Source: the human T2T-CHM13v2.0 reference genome, Homo sapiens
Assembly: GCF_009914755.1 (NCBI RefSeq)
Contig: NC_060926.1
DNA: 64,000 nt
Direction: 5' to 3' (one strand)
Part shown: positions 14,420 to 30,090 of the stretch, piece by piece
Layout: every line of letters begins with the position of its first letter
How positions within the stretch are numbered: position 1 is the stretch's first letter
The notes under the pieces: generated by a model
What the model saw: only the letters and a program-made list of their open reading frames with translations
What the model was told of the DNA's origin: nothing
Database searches by the model: none
Made by a program: the position numbers and the translations under genes

Positions 14420-14950
14420 CAACATTGAAAAGCAGCAGTACTCAAGTGAAAATGCAGTGAGAAACAACACTCATATGTTGCTGAGAGGATAGTTCTACAA
14501 AGCTTTCTGGAGCTTTAGGTATGCTCACACCCTTAGGCCCAGTGATTCATTTCCAGGGCTCTACCCTAAGGAAAGAAGCAGAGATGCCAGCAAAGAGTTA
14601 TAAAAAGATGATCACCACAACATTATTCAAAATAGAGAACAAATTAACAACAAAACAAATGTCCAACAATGGAAAAGTGTTTACATTATAGCATATCTAC
14701 CTTATAGACTATTATGAAGCCATTAAAAACATATTTTTAAGATTTGACATGGGAATTTGTTCATGCTATAAGGTTAAGTATTATCAAATACTGTTACATA
14801 TACAATATAATTAAATTGTGTTAATAACACACATAGAAAAAAGAGTATACTTTTTCAAGTTATAGACAGTGGGATTACAATTGTTTTTACCTCTTGATAC
14901 TCAATTTTTGAATTTTTCTACAAATAAGATATATAATAATGTTATTTAAA
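14420..14950 (+). mobile_element. L1ME-type 3' fragment
   Basis: cactcatatgttgctg...aaatgtccaacaatgg...gactattatgaagccattaaaaa. Confidence 0.65.
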
Positions 14951-15009
14951 ATAGACCTCTGATATGAAAGGATGGTTCCTACTATTATTTATTTATTACA
15001 ATAAATGGT

Positions 15010-15390
15010 TATCTTCGAGGGCTCCTTAGTTGCAAGGAACAGAAGCCCCCTCTGATAAACCGAAACAGAAAGGAAATTTACTAGAAAGATACTAGGTAGC
15101 CCACAGAATCAAAATAAAGGAAAATAATGAACCAAAGATGCTCTTGGGTAACAGTAGCCACCAGGATCAATCCACCTAAACATCCGTTCTTTCTCCATGA
15201 TGTTGCTCAGGACTGACTGGTAGGAGACAGGATCCTATGGACCTACAGAGAAGAGGAGATGGCATATGGATGGGCAATTCTACCAAAACTGAAGGCAGTT
15301 GGGGAGAAGTGATTCCTCAAAAAGAATTAAATTAGTGAAAACGAAGGTTTGCTGTTACTAGATGAATAAAAAATGAATGCTGGACAAAGA
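15010..15390. mobile_element. Old MLT1 (ERVL-MaLR) LTR fragment
   Basis: tagttgcaaggaacagaagccc...aaaggaaatttactagaaagatact...gcccacagaatc resembles old MLT1 ends. Confidence 0.5.
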
Positions 15391-15809
15391 TAAAAGAAAA
15401 AAGCCACTAACAAAATACCAGTGCCAATATCATAGACCCTTAAATGTGTAACGAGAAGCATATAGACTAGCAAATATGGGAAGAACAAGGGCAACATCTC
15501 TTACTCATTTATCTAAATACAGGATAGATTGTGATGAGCCCCCACTGTAACAATATTTATTGGCAGAGGTATCAGTTTTTTACATTAACCTATACTTTTA
15601 AAATGTTAGTCAATTAAGAAGAGCAAAACTTCATTTTAAGAATCATTTTTAAATGTCATGCCAGATTAGGAAAATGAAAGCCAAAACTTCACATATTTTC
15701 ACTACCTTTTAAAAATTCCAACCTATTTTTCAGTAAACATACATGAAGTCATAGTCTATTCAAGTGTCAAAAAAGAAGAAACGAAAACAAGAAAAACTCT
15801 TTGCTTTTA

Positions 15810-16159
<350 letters not shown>

Positions 16160-17517
16160 TTATTAATGGTTTATATGAGAGAAGTGGAATCATTTCCTCT
16201 TACATTCATTCCTTTTGAAAGATACGAAACTTTTACTCCTTTGTAACCTTAAGCGGAAGATATCTTTTCTCTTTTGTGTGGAATACATCTCAAAACATTA
16301 CCTGTAGTTAAGTTGGTAAACTATTGGTAAGTGAAATTCAAATATTTAAGAATTCCACATTACTTTGTGGTGGCTGAAGCGCATTAGGTGGGAAAGTCTT
16401 TGCAAAGCAAATCACAAAACTTAAGCTCCTAGTTACTGATTGGCAAAAGCTTCCAGAAAAGACCAACTGTATTTCAATATAATTGTTTATTCCATAAAAC
16501 ACCAGAGGTCATAACTACAAATTCTAGCAATTCTATCATGCAGTCTATACTCCATAGAGTACATTTTTAACCCTTAATGCTTCTCTCTTTCATTTCCACT
16601 GCCACAACAGCACTAAGCCAAGTTCACATCATTTCATACCTAGACCACCACTTCTTAAAAGACCTCTCTGGTCCTTACATTGTCCCCAGCCAATCTATCT
16701 ACTCTCTCCCTACAGCACTTTTTCAATGCCAACCCTTCCAATCAAGTAAATGACGTAATTAAAAAGCCATGATGGAAGTGAACAAAGGAGCAGGGAAGGA
16801 ACCAAGTTGGACAAGGGTGAACAGGGAAGGCCTCTCACAAGTAGTGACATTAAAGCTCATTAGGCTGAGATCTGAAGTTAGCAAATGGTTGCATAGTCCA
16901 GGTGAGTAGCAAGGAAGGCACAGATTTCAGTGGTGGCTCTGGGGGTCAGGGAGGAGAGCAGAGGGTGGATTTTTTTTCCCTGGATTTCTTTATAATTCCC
17001 TGAATAAACCAAAAGTTTCATGCAAACTTTCTCCCTGCAAATTTATCTATTCTGTTACCCTTGCAAATGCTTAGCAAGTCCAGCAGTGTCCATGCAATTC
17101 TTACCACCTGCTCCATCTTCAAGACCTAAAGAACACTCTCTTTTTGAAGAGCACCCAGCCAGAAGGCAACATTCCTATATGTCAATTCCAGTTGTCTTTT
17201 TTATATTATTCTTATCACTTATACTTCACAGTGCCTCATATTCTAATTATGAAGATTCATGTCTTCTCCTGCCAGACTATAAGCTTTTTGAGGACAAATT
17301 ACTGTTTCTCTTACACAAATAGTGTTTATTTTTCAAATGCTACCAGTGAGAAAATAACAATGCAAAAGAACAAAGTCAACAGTATGAATAAATCTTGACT
17401 TTTCTTTTTTTCCCCCAAACTTGGAGTTTATTTTTGAGTTACAAAGGTAGATCCATTACAGAAAAATGACACAGTGTTAACAGCATCTCCATTCACTTGT
17501 TTAATTAGCATTATTGG

Positions 17518-17592
17518 CTTTTTTTTAAACTTTTACTTTAGGTTCAGGGGTACATGTGCAGGCTTCTTATATAGGTAAATTGTGTGTCACTA
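17518..17592 (-). mobile_element. Short L1PA-type 3' end
   Basis: ttttttttaaacttttactttaggttcaggggtacatgtgcagg...tataggtaaattg is the reverse complement of an older L1PA 3' terminus. Confidence 0.8.
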
Positions 17593-17969
17593 GAATTAGC
17601 CACATTAGCCAACTAAAAAGGATTTTTTGAGTAAAGTGCCTACTGTGTGCTAAAAAGTATAAAATAAGGCTCTTGCTACAGCATACAAAAAATAAAAGTC
17701 AAGCTACATGAAAGAAATAGAAAGCAACTGCCTTCTGTACTGTAATGTATAAGTGCAAAAGGCAGTAAGAGAGCTCATTATGGGGCATGATCAGCAGGGG
17801 CTGAAGTAAAGAAAAGTCTAATGAGAAAATCTGAGGTGGACCTTGAAAGATATGAAGGCCATGAAACATGGCATGCATTTTAGGCCATACTAGAGTACGA
17901 CTAAAAAATATGGCGTGCATTCTAGGCCATACAATACAACTAAAAAGTAAAGATAGATAGGAATTAGCT

Positions 17970-18565
17970 TTCACTACCTTCACTCTATCCAGCCACCATC
18001 ATCTCTCCTCTGAATGAACAGCCTCCTTCCCCTCTTCCATTCTTGATTTTTGTATATTCTCAATATGACAGCCAGAGTGACCCTGTTCAGATGTTAGATC
18101 ATTTTGTTCTCTACCAAAAATCCTCCAATAACCCCTATCTCATGCAGAGAAAAAGCCAAAACCCTTACAGTGGTCTAGAAAGCCCCACATGATCTGGCTG
18201 TTGGTCCTCTCTGACCTCATCTTTTGCTACTACCTTCCATGTTCACACCGCTCCAGTCCCACTGCTGCTCCTAGAATGTTCCAGCCACTCTCTACCACAG
18301 GGCCTTTGCATATGCTATTCCCTCTGCTCTTCTCTTCAGTATGCACATGGCTCACTTTGTTACTTCTTTCATGGTTTTACCAAATGGCAGCCTCTCAGAG
18401 GGACCTTCCCTGACCACCCATGATAAATTTCAACTGCTCCAACACTACCTACCCCCTTTTCCTGCTTTATTTTTCTCCTGCAGCACTTTTCATATTGTAA
18501 TATACAGTATGACTTATTCACCTGTTTATTGCATCTCCTCCCCCTAGAATGTATGCTTCATGAGG
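17970..18565 (+). mobile_element. L2
   Basis: cagccagagtgaccctgtt...ccttacagtggtctagaaagcccc...cagggcctttgcatatgctattccctctgc...tagaatgtatgcttcatgagg. Confidence 0.85.
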
Positions 18566-19877
18566 AGTCAGAAATGACAGACAGACATCACCTCTAAGTT
18601 GGCAGCTGGACCTACATGGTTTTCTTGGTAGAGCACCTGGAACAATGTTTCACTTAATTAATCAATTATTGTTTTTAATTTTACAAACTATTTGGCACCA
18701 CAGTAAGATCTTTAATTGAAGTGATTTCATGGGCAGAATGCAATGGTTGTAAGCAGATGTTGCAAACACACAGGTTAAATTTTAAAGTCTGAGGTTACCA
18801 ACTGATGCTTACCATTACTACAGAAATCAACAAAAGGTGCATCAAAGCAGAAAAAAGCAAGAAGGGATGGAATCCAACAAGAAGGAATAACCACATTAGG
18901 AAGAAAGGGCACATGTAAGTCACAAACAAGAGTGTCAAACCTGCCTGGTTTTTCATACAAATAAGAGTTATCCAATGCCTACTAAGTATGAGGTACTGTT
19001 CTTGCACTAGAACAAACAAATGGAACAAATTCCATTCTGAAGGAACTTACAGTCATAAGACTAGAAAAAGAATGAATTCAAAATAATAATAAACTACTCA
19101 ATTTATGAGATCCCCAATGAGGGCAAAGACTCATCTGGAAGAACCAAAAAACTAAATGAATATGCAACATGTGAATAAGGAAACAGTTCTCTTCAGTGTC
19201 ATGATCCAGCTTGTTGATACCAAGTTTAATTTTACTTCAAATACTGGGATAAAAAAAAATGCTTGGAATCTTTTCCAAAAGGACTACCTACAAAGCACTG
19301 TATTTTCCAATTGTTTTTTTTTAACAAAGAAGAGATTCTTTTGACCTAAGTGTTCATGGCCCAGCTCCACTCTATTAACGGGCTGACAATGAAAGCAAAA
19401 AGTATCACACAACGATGAACTGAAGACGTAAAATTAGTCCCCATTCAACCATTTCTCCCATACAATGAGAGAGTCAACCCCTGTCAACCCCTTTCAACCC
19501 CATTTCTGCTAGTCTCTCACTGAATGTTAGATGTTCCAACAATAAACTGATGGCAAAGAGAAATTACATGAACTGGTAAAAGATTCAGGAATTCATAAAA
19601 GTCAAAGTGATTTTAAAGTCACATGCAAAACCACTGAGTAATAAGGATCTGGCAAAGTTAGAACAATTGGTAACTTAAAGAGAAAAAAATTAAGGATAAT
19701 TTGACTCTCTTAGGATTAGACAGAAGCCATGGGAAAGTTAACAGAGGCTTGAAATAGTTTTTGCAATATGACTTTCTTTATGACTGTAGTGAGAAAATCA
19801 AATATCGTATTGTGCTATCACACAGTTTTCTTGAAAAAAATGAATTATCCCAACCCTCTAAAAGTTTCAACACTTTG

Positions 19878-20171
<294 letters not shown>

Positions 20172-22591
20172 AAAAGTTTCAACACTTCATTTGTTATTTG
20201 TTCCTTCTAATGATCAGGCCATATTTGTGATTATAACCTAAATGTTGGTGTAAGATAAAATAAACTGATTCCCATCATTTGAACTTTTGTCAGGATCAAG
20301 CCCTTTGTCTCCCTATTTACTCTGCAATTTGGCTTCCCAATCAATGTAAATAGATTTACTTTAAGAGGCCTGCTTTCCTGGTAACTCCTGTCTATCCTCC
20401 GCTCCCATCCCTCACTCCCATGTTATCATGCAGCTCTTAATCCTAGATTTGACTTCCAGACAGGCACCAAGCTAGTGGATGACACAGCTGAGACCTACTC
20501 TGAGGTCTTTTAAGTCTGATTTTATTCCAATATGCTACGCCTCCTGTGGCTTCTGGGTTACAACTGGGTTATGAAAGCTATATCATATGGAACCCAGGTT
20601 TATCCACAAAATTTGGGGAGAAAGACGTAATCAACTGTTTACAGGTTTTAAAATCAGTGCCATAAACAGGAGCCAAGCAGCCTCCCCCGCCAAAGCAGAA
20701 CTGCCTGATTGGCTCTGCTGTGTCTCCTCACTTTCTCACTCTCATTTGTGGTTCACCTACTGTTATCTTTGCAGATATAGAAAGCAATTATTTATTTATT
20801 TGTTGTGAGCCACAGATTTAAATCAACTTTAGAAGCCCATCACCTTGTTGAGAAGTAGCAATTTCCCACTCTCAAGACAGTCTCCATGGACCCTGACAAC
20901 TCGTTGATAAGCAGGCATAATTAAAGAGGCCTGAAGGAGTAGCTCTGCTGCTAGGAGCCCTTCCAGAGTAGCAGCTCAATACAAATCACATCCTTTTTGC
21001 CCTTCCTCTCTCACTATCCATTTTTTGGGGGAAAAAATAATAAGTATTTGGATGTCTCCTTGAGTCAAAGTAAATCAAGCATGTGAACACTTGTACTCAG
21101 GAATCCTACAGTAAGTTGAGATGTGAAGTTCTGCCTCCCACTTCAATGTTGGGGTGAGTGTCCGTGGCACCTGGTTATGTGTTAAAAAGGAAGATGGTGA
21201 TGGTCTCTTAGCCTAAAGATATGGGGAAAAAGGAAGAAACTGTGGTGCCAAGTCTGGGAATTTCGCTGGGCTACAGTACCAGCTTCCTCCCACCCCAGTA
21301 CATTATGCACAGAACTAATCCTTTGGACCTACTATAGCTCTCCAGCTGACCTTGAAACTATGAGTTGTATGGTCTGTGGTCTTCCCCACCTCTGTCTCAT
21401 CTCACTAGTTTAGCAATGTATCTAGTGCAGGGGCAGAAACACTGTGGTAACTATCCACTAAAAATGGAACACATGAGAAGGTATAAATGAAGCAAGGTTT
21501 GAAGTCTGATGGAATGATTTCTGCAGAATAGATAATTAGATAATCCTTACAAAATGATAGTACTATATGACCATAAGTAAAATTGCCGATTTCTTTCTAT
21601 GGATGCTGAAAGATTTCATTTGTTTTAGTGAGTCAAATTATTTTAACTCATTATATTTATAGAAATTGGATTCCTGCTCCCAAATTCAATAAACTAAAAG
21701 AAGCTGCATTTTCATTAATAGATTAAAATCTATTCAAAGAAATAAATCCATTCAGTTTATAAATAAATTATTTTTGCTAAGAATGCTGCACTACTAAAAT
21801 GTAAAAATACCATGGCCTTAAATAATAATTTCAAATGAATTAAAATATCATTAAAATGCAAAAGTTTTAACTGGTTGTAATTAGGAAAAATCTTTTCAAA
21901 CACTACACACTTATCCATTACCTCATTAATCCATTTTTTTTTAAATTTATAGAAAGATAAGACAAGAACCCACCCTTTGCAATGGTGTGATTCCTTCAGT
22001 CATAATGCATGGGAAACAGGAATAAAGAAGAGACTTGGAATCATAAATATTAGCACTCCTTGTCTCCTCTTCTTATATGCATTTTCTCTGCCTACAGTTG
22101 TCCCTCCCCTGGCTTTCTGCAAGTATGGGGGCCTTGGTGGTGTGCCAGGCTGAGAACCAGAAAGAAAGCTGTGGGCCATTCCTCCAGACTTAACCCAGTA
22201 TGCCTAAGGCAAAGTCCATCCCTATGCATCCAAAACTTTGCCCTTTTTGCGTTGCAGAGTTTAGGTTGGGTTTCTGTCATAGATGTAAAGAACTTCAGTA
22301 ATACAATGGATATGTCCCACTGTTTAGTACACAAAACCTAGATAATAGGTGAAGCAGAAGGGAAAGAATCTGAGTTGACCGATAAAAACACGGTGCTTAG
22401 CCAGAGAGTGGCAGGGAAAGAAAGAAAAGGATTGTGGGGTTACAGCATTTTTTCTGGAGATGAGAGGAAGAAGAAAGCTGGAAGAGGCAGCTACCAGGAA
22501 TATAACAGCAGACAGCATGTTCAACCACCATTGTCTAGTCTCCAAATCTACTGATCATAAGCCACCTGTTAGATGCTGCCCAAATATCAGA

Positions 22592-22914
<323 letters not shown>

Positions 22915-23256
22915 TGATGCTGATAAATGCTGAAATTTGAGAACTGCTGACATAAGAAATCACCAGGTATTATCTATATGTAGTCCCAAGTTAGACCAAA
23001 TAACTGACACTATCTCTCCAAGTATATCCAAATTTGTTAAACAAATTTAAAATGAACCAAAAGTCAACCGAGAGATTTGCCTAAGAATTTTTAAATTCTA
23101 TTTCCCATAAAATTTAGACAGATATAATTATTGAAACATTGTGAAAATTGAAACAAAATATTTTTATTAATTAAAAGGAATTGAAACACTGCAGTATTAC
23201 ATTCAACAAGCTGAAAGTTGTCAAAAAAGGAAAGCAAGCTTAAGAAATATGGGGTA

Positions 23257-23557
23257 GGCTGGGCACAGTGGTTCATGTCTGTAATCCCAGCACTTTGGGA
23301 GGCCGAGGCGGGTGGATCACGAGGTCAAGAGATCAAGACCAGCCTGACCAACATGGTGAAACCCCGTCTCTACTAAAAATACAAAAATTAGCTGGGCGTG
23401 GTGGCACGCACCTGTAATCCCAGCTACTCAGGAGGCTGAGGCAGGAGAATTGCTTGAACTGGGAAGCGGAGGTTGCAGTGAGCTGAGATCGCGCCACTGC
23501 ACTCCAGCCTGGTGATGGAGCGAGACTCCGTCTCAAAAAAAAAAAAAAAAAAAAGAA
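23257..23557 (+). mobile_element. AluS (Sc-like)
   Basis: gatcacgaggtcaagagatc. TSD aagaaat(a/g)tggggta at 23242-23256 and 23558-23572. Confidence 0.94.
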
Positions 23558-23722
23558 AAGAAATGTGGGGTAAAGTTTATACCCAGAACTCATGCTTTTC
23601 TCCTCTGTTCAGACACTAGAAACAGGCCATTAATTTATCTCTGATCTTTCTAACATCCAAAGAGTTACAAGAATCACAGACCCATTCCCCATCCATAAGA
23701 TAAACAGAAATGATTTCCTGAT

Positions 23723-24035
<313 letters not shown>

Positions 24036-24206
24036 TTATTTGGAGAACTTTCTCCAATTGGTCTTCATGGTGTAGGAAGTATTAGTCTCCATTCTTCTAA
24101 CTACATCAAATACTATAGTGTTGTATTACCATTTTTATGTCATCTCATTGGCCTAACACCAATAGGCCCAATTCAGGAACAAGCATACATAGCTCAGTAA
24201 TGGTAC

Positions 24207-24512
24207 AACACTGTGTTGTCCATTACAGGAGCTCCTAGCTACATGTGGCTATTGATCATTTGAAATGTGGCTAGCCTAAAATGAGATATGCTGCAAGTAT
24301 AAAATGCACACCAGATTTTAAAGAATTAGCACAAAAAAATTAAAATATCTCATCAATAAGACATATTGATCATAAGTTTTTACAAGATTATAAATGGTAG
24401 TGTTTTAGATATACTGAGTTAAATAATACATACTATTAAAATTAATTTCATCTGTTTTGAATTTGGCTATTTTTAAAAATTAACATGTGTGGCTCACTAG
24501 AATGGTGCTGGA
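24207..24512. mobile_element. MER3/MER33-type hAT element
   Basis: tagctacatgtggctattgatcatttgaaatgtggctag...gcaagtataaaatgcacaccagattt...attaaaattaatttcatctg. Confidence 0.75.
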
Positions 24513-26107
24513 TAAACAACTATACTCCCAACTCAGTCCAAGGGTAAATTTAGACTTAAATTTTAACTCTTAAAGCCATGTCTGGGCTTCCTATTTTCCA
24601 AGTAATTCTTTATAATGAATTTCTTGTAAGAACTGGCAACAGAAAGTTCAAGGTAATATCCACTAATATAAATCTGACCTTGAACATCTGACATGTGATC
24701 CAGTGCAAAGCCACTTTGGAAGGGTTTCATCCTTTTATGAAGATGAAGAAAGCTAACCAACATGAGCACCTGCACAAAAGACCACTCCTCTCCTGCATGG
24801 AGGGTGGTGGAGGGATCATTTCTGGGCAAAATCTTCCTCAGAAAACAATTCTGGGATTTTTCTATGCATGATCAAATGAGTGACTGACCCCAAAGCACTA
24901 AAAAAAAAAAAAAAAACATGGGCCCAATAAATGTAGCCTGGTATATTTCCAGAGCAGGGCTTATCAATGGGAGACTGCCCAATAAGATAATCTTCTAATT
25001 TGAGCAAATCAATGCCAGGGCTGGGAATACAAAAAATGAGACTAAACCCCATCTGTAAGAACCAGTGAGACTCCATGATGAAATTGTGGCCTCTGACAAA
25101 ATTTTTTTTAAAGCTTATTTTCTGTAAAATTTGCTTTTTATAGCAGTTCTGTTCTAAGGAATATGTTTAGGCAACTCAGCAAGACCTTTGTATTTGTTCT
25201 GCCTACAGAGACCATGTAAGCAAATTAATCCACTCACATAAGAAAGAAGGGGTAGGCTTCATTCCTCTTTAAGGACACAGAATTTCAAGATCTCTAACAC
25301 CAAGAGTTTGGGTTCTCTGCAATAAATCAGTAGTGACTCTTTCTTCTTTTACATCATATCAGTTTAGGGTCTTGGACTGGGGTGATGCTAAAATGCATCA
25401 GACAATTACTTCTAAAGAAGACTTTGAAAGAACGCAGCCAACTACATTAGTTTTAAGCATGTGAACTAAAAGTTTGAGTAGAAAATGAACTGCCTCAAAG
25501 CACTTCAATATCGGCTAAGACTGAACCCAGGATGGGGTGTGCTGTGGAGTACAAGCTTTAGGAAGCTCTTCCTAACACTTAGGAAGGAGAGTATTGTAAT
25601 TAGGAAGAGTATTGTAATTAGGATCCATACAGAGCATCTCAGAGAAAAATTCTGACTGTCTGACAAAAGATTCCTGATTAATAATGACATCTGTTGATTT
25701 TAAATGCAGCTTAAAATATCATCTGCTTTAACAGTCAGTGATAGCTTATATTTAGTTACTTTAACAGAGTTCTATTTTCTTATAAATTATATTACCTAAA
25801 AGTCATGTTTTCATCAGGAAGCTCAGGCAAACGAGGGTGGGACCTGCAGTTTAGAACATCCAAAGCTCACTAGCCCCACCTAATGACAGCACACCTAGAT
25901 TTCTGGAGCAGTTCGGGGATAGAGAATCAATATAACCTTGAAAGTTGAAACTTCAAAAACAAAATTGTGACGTGGAGCTTCATGAAAAGCTCCATGTAAG
26001 ACTGCCTCACATTCAGAAGGCAAAAAACCAAACTGAAAATTGTCGGCCTAATTTTACCACAAAATAATAAGAGTTGGGGGAACAGAAAAAAGAAATACTT
26101 CTATGGG

Positions 26108-26319
26108 TTTTGTTTGTTTGTTTGTTTGTTTTTGAGACAGAGACTCACTCTGTTGCCCAGGCTGGAGTGCAGTTGCACGGTCTCAGCTCACTGCAACTTC
26201 TGCCTCCCAGGTTCAAGCAATTTATGGCTAATTTTTGTATTTTTAGTAGAAACAGGGTTCCACCATATTGGCCAAGCTGGTCTCAAACTCCTGATCTCAA
26301 GCGATCCGCCCGCCTCGCC
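26108..26319 (-). mobile_element. AluS, internally deleted and 5'-truncated
   Basis: (TTTG)n tail and reverse Alu. It jumps from ttcaagcaatt to ggctaatttttgta and stops at ccgcccgcctcgcc. Confidence 0.88.
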
Positions 26320-26339
26320 AGATTTATACATGTATAATA

Positions 26340-26800
26340 CATGTATAGTTACTTTAATGTATAGCCACTTTGATGTATAAATAAGGTGAAATGACACTAT
26401 AGAGCAAAACTATTTTGTAGCTTGCTTTGTTTTCACACAAAATGTAAAGTGGGCATTCATATTAATAAACATGAAACTATATCAGCCTTTTTAATAGCTA
26501 TTTAACATTCCACTGTATGATGTATATACCATAATTTAGTTACACAATTCCCTCAAGATGGTCATTTAGATTACTGTTGTAAACTATGCTGTAAACACAC
26601 CCTCACATTCATTATTGCACACTTGCCTGATTATTTCCTTAGGATTATTTCTTAGAAGCAAAATAGCTGTATCCTAAGCTGTTGATGAGTGTTACCGAAT
26701 GCCTTTTGAAAAGGAGGCATGATAAGCATTCCCATATCTGCAGTGCAGAGAAGGTAGCTATTTTCTTCCAAATACCTTCACCAACACTGAATGTTATCCA
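26340..26800 (-). mobile_element. Old L1ME fragment
   Basis: tttttaatagctatttaacattccactgtatga...ccataatttag...gatggtcatttaga...aaactatgctgtaaac is a reverse L1M 3' region. Confidence 0.6.
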
Positions 26801-26809
26801 TCTTTGGAG

Positions 26810-27035
26810 GCAGCTTAGTGGATAAAAGTATAGGTTCTAGAACTAGAATTTTATAGCTGAGTTCAAATCTCAGCTCTGCCATGCTCTATGACCTCTGGAA
26901 AGCTACTCAACATTTCTGCAGATTTCTGTTAAATGGGGATTGTATCATTGTACCTACCTGAAAGGGTTATTATTAGAATTAAATGAGTTAATATGATATT
27001 TGATGTACAATAAACACTTAATAAGTGTGTACTTA
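26810..27035 (+). mobile_element. MIR
   Basis: ctgagttcaaatctcagctctgcc...gtacctacctgaaagggttattattagaattaaatgagttaata. Confidence 0.75.
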
Positions 27036-27142
27036 TTATATGAGATATTGTCCACCTGAAAGGTAAAAGCAAATCTCATGTTTCGGTTTAATCTGTATTC
27101 ATTTGATTATTTCTGGGATTGACCACAGACCCTTTTACTTAA

Positions 27143-27436
<294 letters not shown>

Positions 27437-30090
27437 CCTTTTACTTAATTTTTATTAACTTTTTCTAAAGTAGTCAATCATATCATTTATAAATAATAGT
27501 GATTTCTATATCTTCCTGATTTATTTTTCTGAGATAACTACATTGGTTAGAACTTCTAAAACAAAGGTGAGTGATAATAGTGGTCATAAATATCCTTATC
27601 TCATTTATGACTTTATGATAAAAGAATTTTAAAAATATTTCAAACATCAAAATAATAAAATGTTGTAATTCAGACAACTTTTTCCATATAGTTTTCTTAT
27701 AAACAGTCCTTTAAATACAAACTCTGGATTGCTTCTAAATTGTGACATTCTCTTTTGGGAAAAAAGTACTAAACATTTTACATTAAAACAATCTTTTTTA
27801 ACTAAATTGAACACATACTTTTAATAAAGACCACAGTAATTTTTAACACTGGAAATACAAAGGATAAAATAGAAAATTATTTTATTCTTGCAAATTAATT
27901 TGCAAGACAAAAGAAATTCAGACAATAATGCAGTTTGTACAATAACCCAAAATCAATTATTTTGTTAAATAATATATATGATATAAATAACAGAAAAAAT
28001 TAGAACACCATTTGCAATAAAAAATATTGAGCCCTTTAACTTTAAGGATAACATTTTCATCTAGTATTCTTGACTTCTTGTGTTTTCGACCTAAAACAGC
28101 ATATACATTTGGAAAGGAGACTCAATTTTTCACAATTCATACCCCTATACTCCCACACCCTGAGAAGGCATATAAATTATTTCTAGATATGAAGGTCTTT
28201 AATATAAATCATGCCCCTAAATTGCTAAGCCCCAAAATGAGGAATACTGAAGTCACAAAACATTTAAGCTCTTCTTTAAGTTAAACAACAGAAGAAAGGA
28301 CACTATATCAAAACTCTACACTAAGTCAAATATTCTAGAAGATTTCCCAAGCCTTAACAAAATACATGATTGCTTGAGGGTTGTAAGTCCAAAGGCAAAA
28401 TTGTAAAGCAGAATAAGAACATATTTACTGAACATTTATAAATGAGCCAGACTCTAAGCTATGAGCCTTATATACATTATCTCCTATCACTGATTTACCT
28501 TATCCCAGCAAGGAAAGTATTGCCACACTACTGGCTTCACATTGCCCTTGCTACACAATCTTCCATAAGCACTTTCTGTATATGGATTGTAAATGGCTCC
28601 TTGGGACTGACCATATGTCTTCTGGAGAAAGGTTGGGGAAGCTTCACTGCAAACATGGTCTGAGCTTAGGCTGGTCACAGATTGATTACTTGGAGACCAC
28701 TGCAATCAGCAAATAAGAGTAACCATATACTAGCATCAGTGATAGGGGACAAGGTACAATGACACTGAAGTGGGTCCAGATGGTCTTCTTTTTTACTGCT
28801 CTTATGGGACACTTTCCTTGAATTAGAGTAAGGCTGGCTAAGAAACTCCGGATTTACTTTTTTACAGATTTTCCAGAATATCAAATAAGGGAAATTGATC
28901 AAGCAAAACATACCAATTCAACAAAACTAGCCCACAGAGCAGTTATAGTACCTTACAGTAAAAGATGCTACAAATTTAAGCAACCTCGGGTTTTCTTCAT
29001 TCTTTAATACACCAACACATCTAACACATGTGTGAACTATTCATTTGGAAGAGCCAAAAGACTATCAAATAAGTTTATTGCTTCATATATATCTATTCCT
29101 GGTATTCATATTCCTGTACCAAGCTTCAAGCAAAGAAGGAGCATCCAAATTAAGCCTAAGAAATAGAAAGTATCTGGAAAGAATCAACAGTGCCTAATGA
29201 GTAGGTATGGCATGGAATCAAGATATGAAATTCTATATGTTGAGCTGCTGATACGTTTTGGAGAGATACTACACATATGTCTCTGCTCTGATGTCATAAA
29301 GCTTTGATCACATCAAGTTTCAATGGCTTACAACTGCTTCACTTTTACACAGAATTTTTGAACTAAAAGGGCCCTCAGAGAGAATCTCGCCTGATCCATT
29401 CATTTTGAATAATACAAACTGACTTTCTTCATTCTGGACGACTTTTTCCAAGGTTGTAAGTACCAGAGCTGGAATTAGGATGTAGATTTCTTAACTACCT
29501 GCCCACTACATGGTACTGTCACCTCTTAACTATACTCCAAGCATGTTGTTCAATATTTTAGCATATGAAAGATCTTTTGAAAAGCTGTTTAAAAAATTAC
29601 TTTTTAAGAATGTGTGAGTTTCTCAAATACACAATACTTTCCTCAAACTGGGTCAGAAAATCCAGAAATAATATAAATTGATTATCTCAGCCTATTCACA
29701 GTACTGTGCTATTCCTTACTACTACTGTGACCTTATGTAAGTCAACCACACTGGTCCTTTATATTCCCGACCCTAAAAATGAAGGAGCGGGACTATGATT
29801 TCCAAGATACCTCTTAGCTCTACAAATTTTGTAAGTCTGTGATTCATTTAAAAATAAGTATAACCAGGTCTTTCACTTCTATTCTTCTTTTTCTCAGAGC
29901 ATACTCATACCCGCTACTACACAAAACCTGAAAAGCATTATATACACAAGCACGCTATACTTAGGAAGTATGTCCAAATATGCCAAAGTATTTATCAATA
30001 AAGCATCATGGTATTTGATCTAAACAAATAATCAAAAGGGATAATAGCCACAATTCTTAAAAGTCACCATACTCTACAATACTGGGAACT

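Noticed and set aside
19473-19501. (tcaacccct)-like 10-mer repeated three times
   Set aside because: A short local slippage repeat; not telomeric and too small to interpret.
25971-25996. Hairpin cgtggagctt-catgaa-aagctccatg
   Set aside because: A 10-bp imperfect stem is expected by chance.
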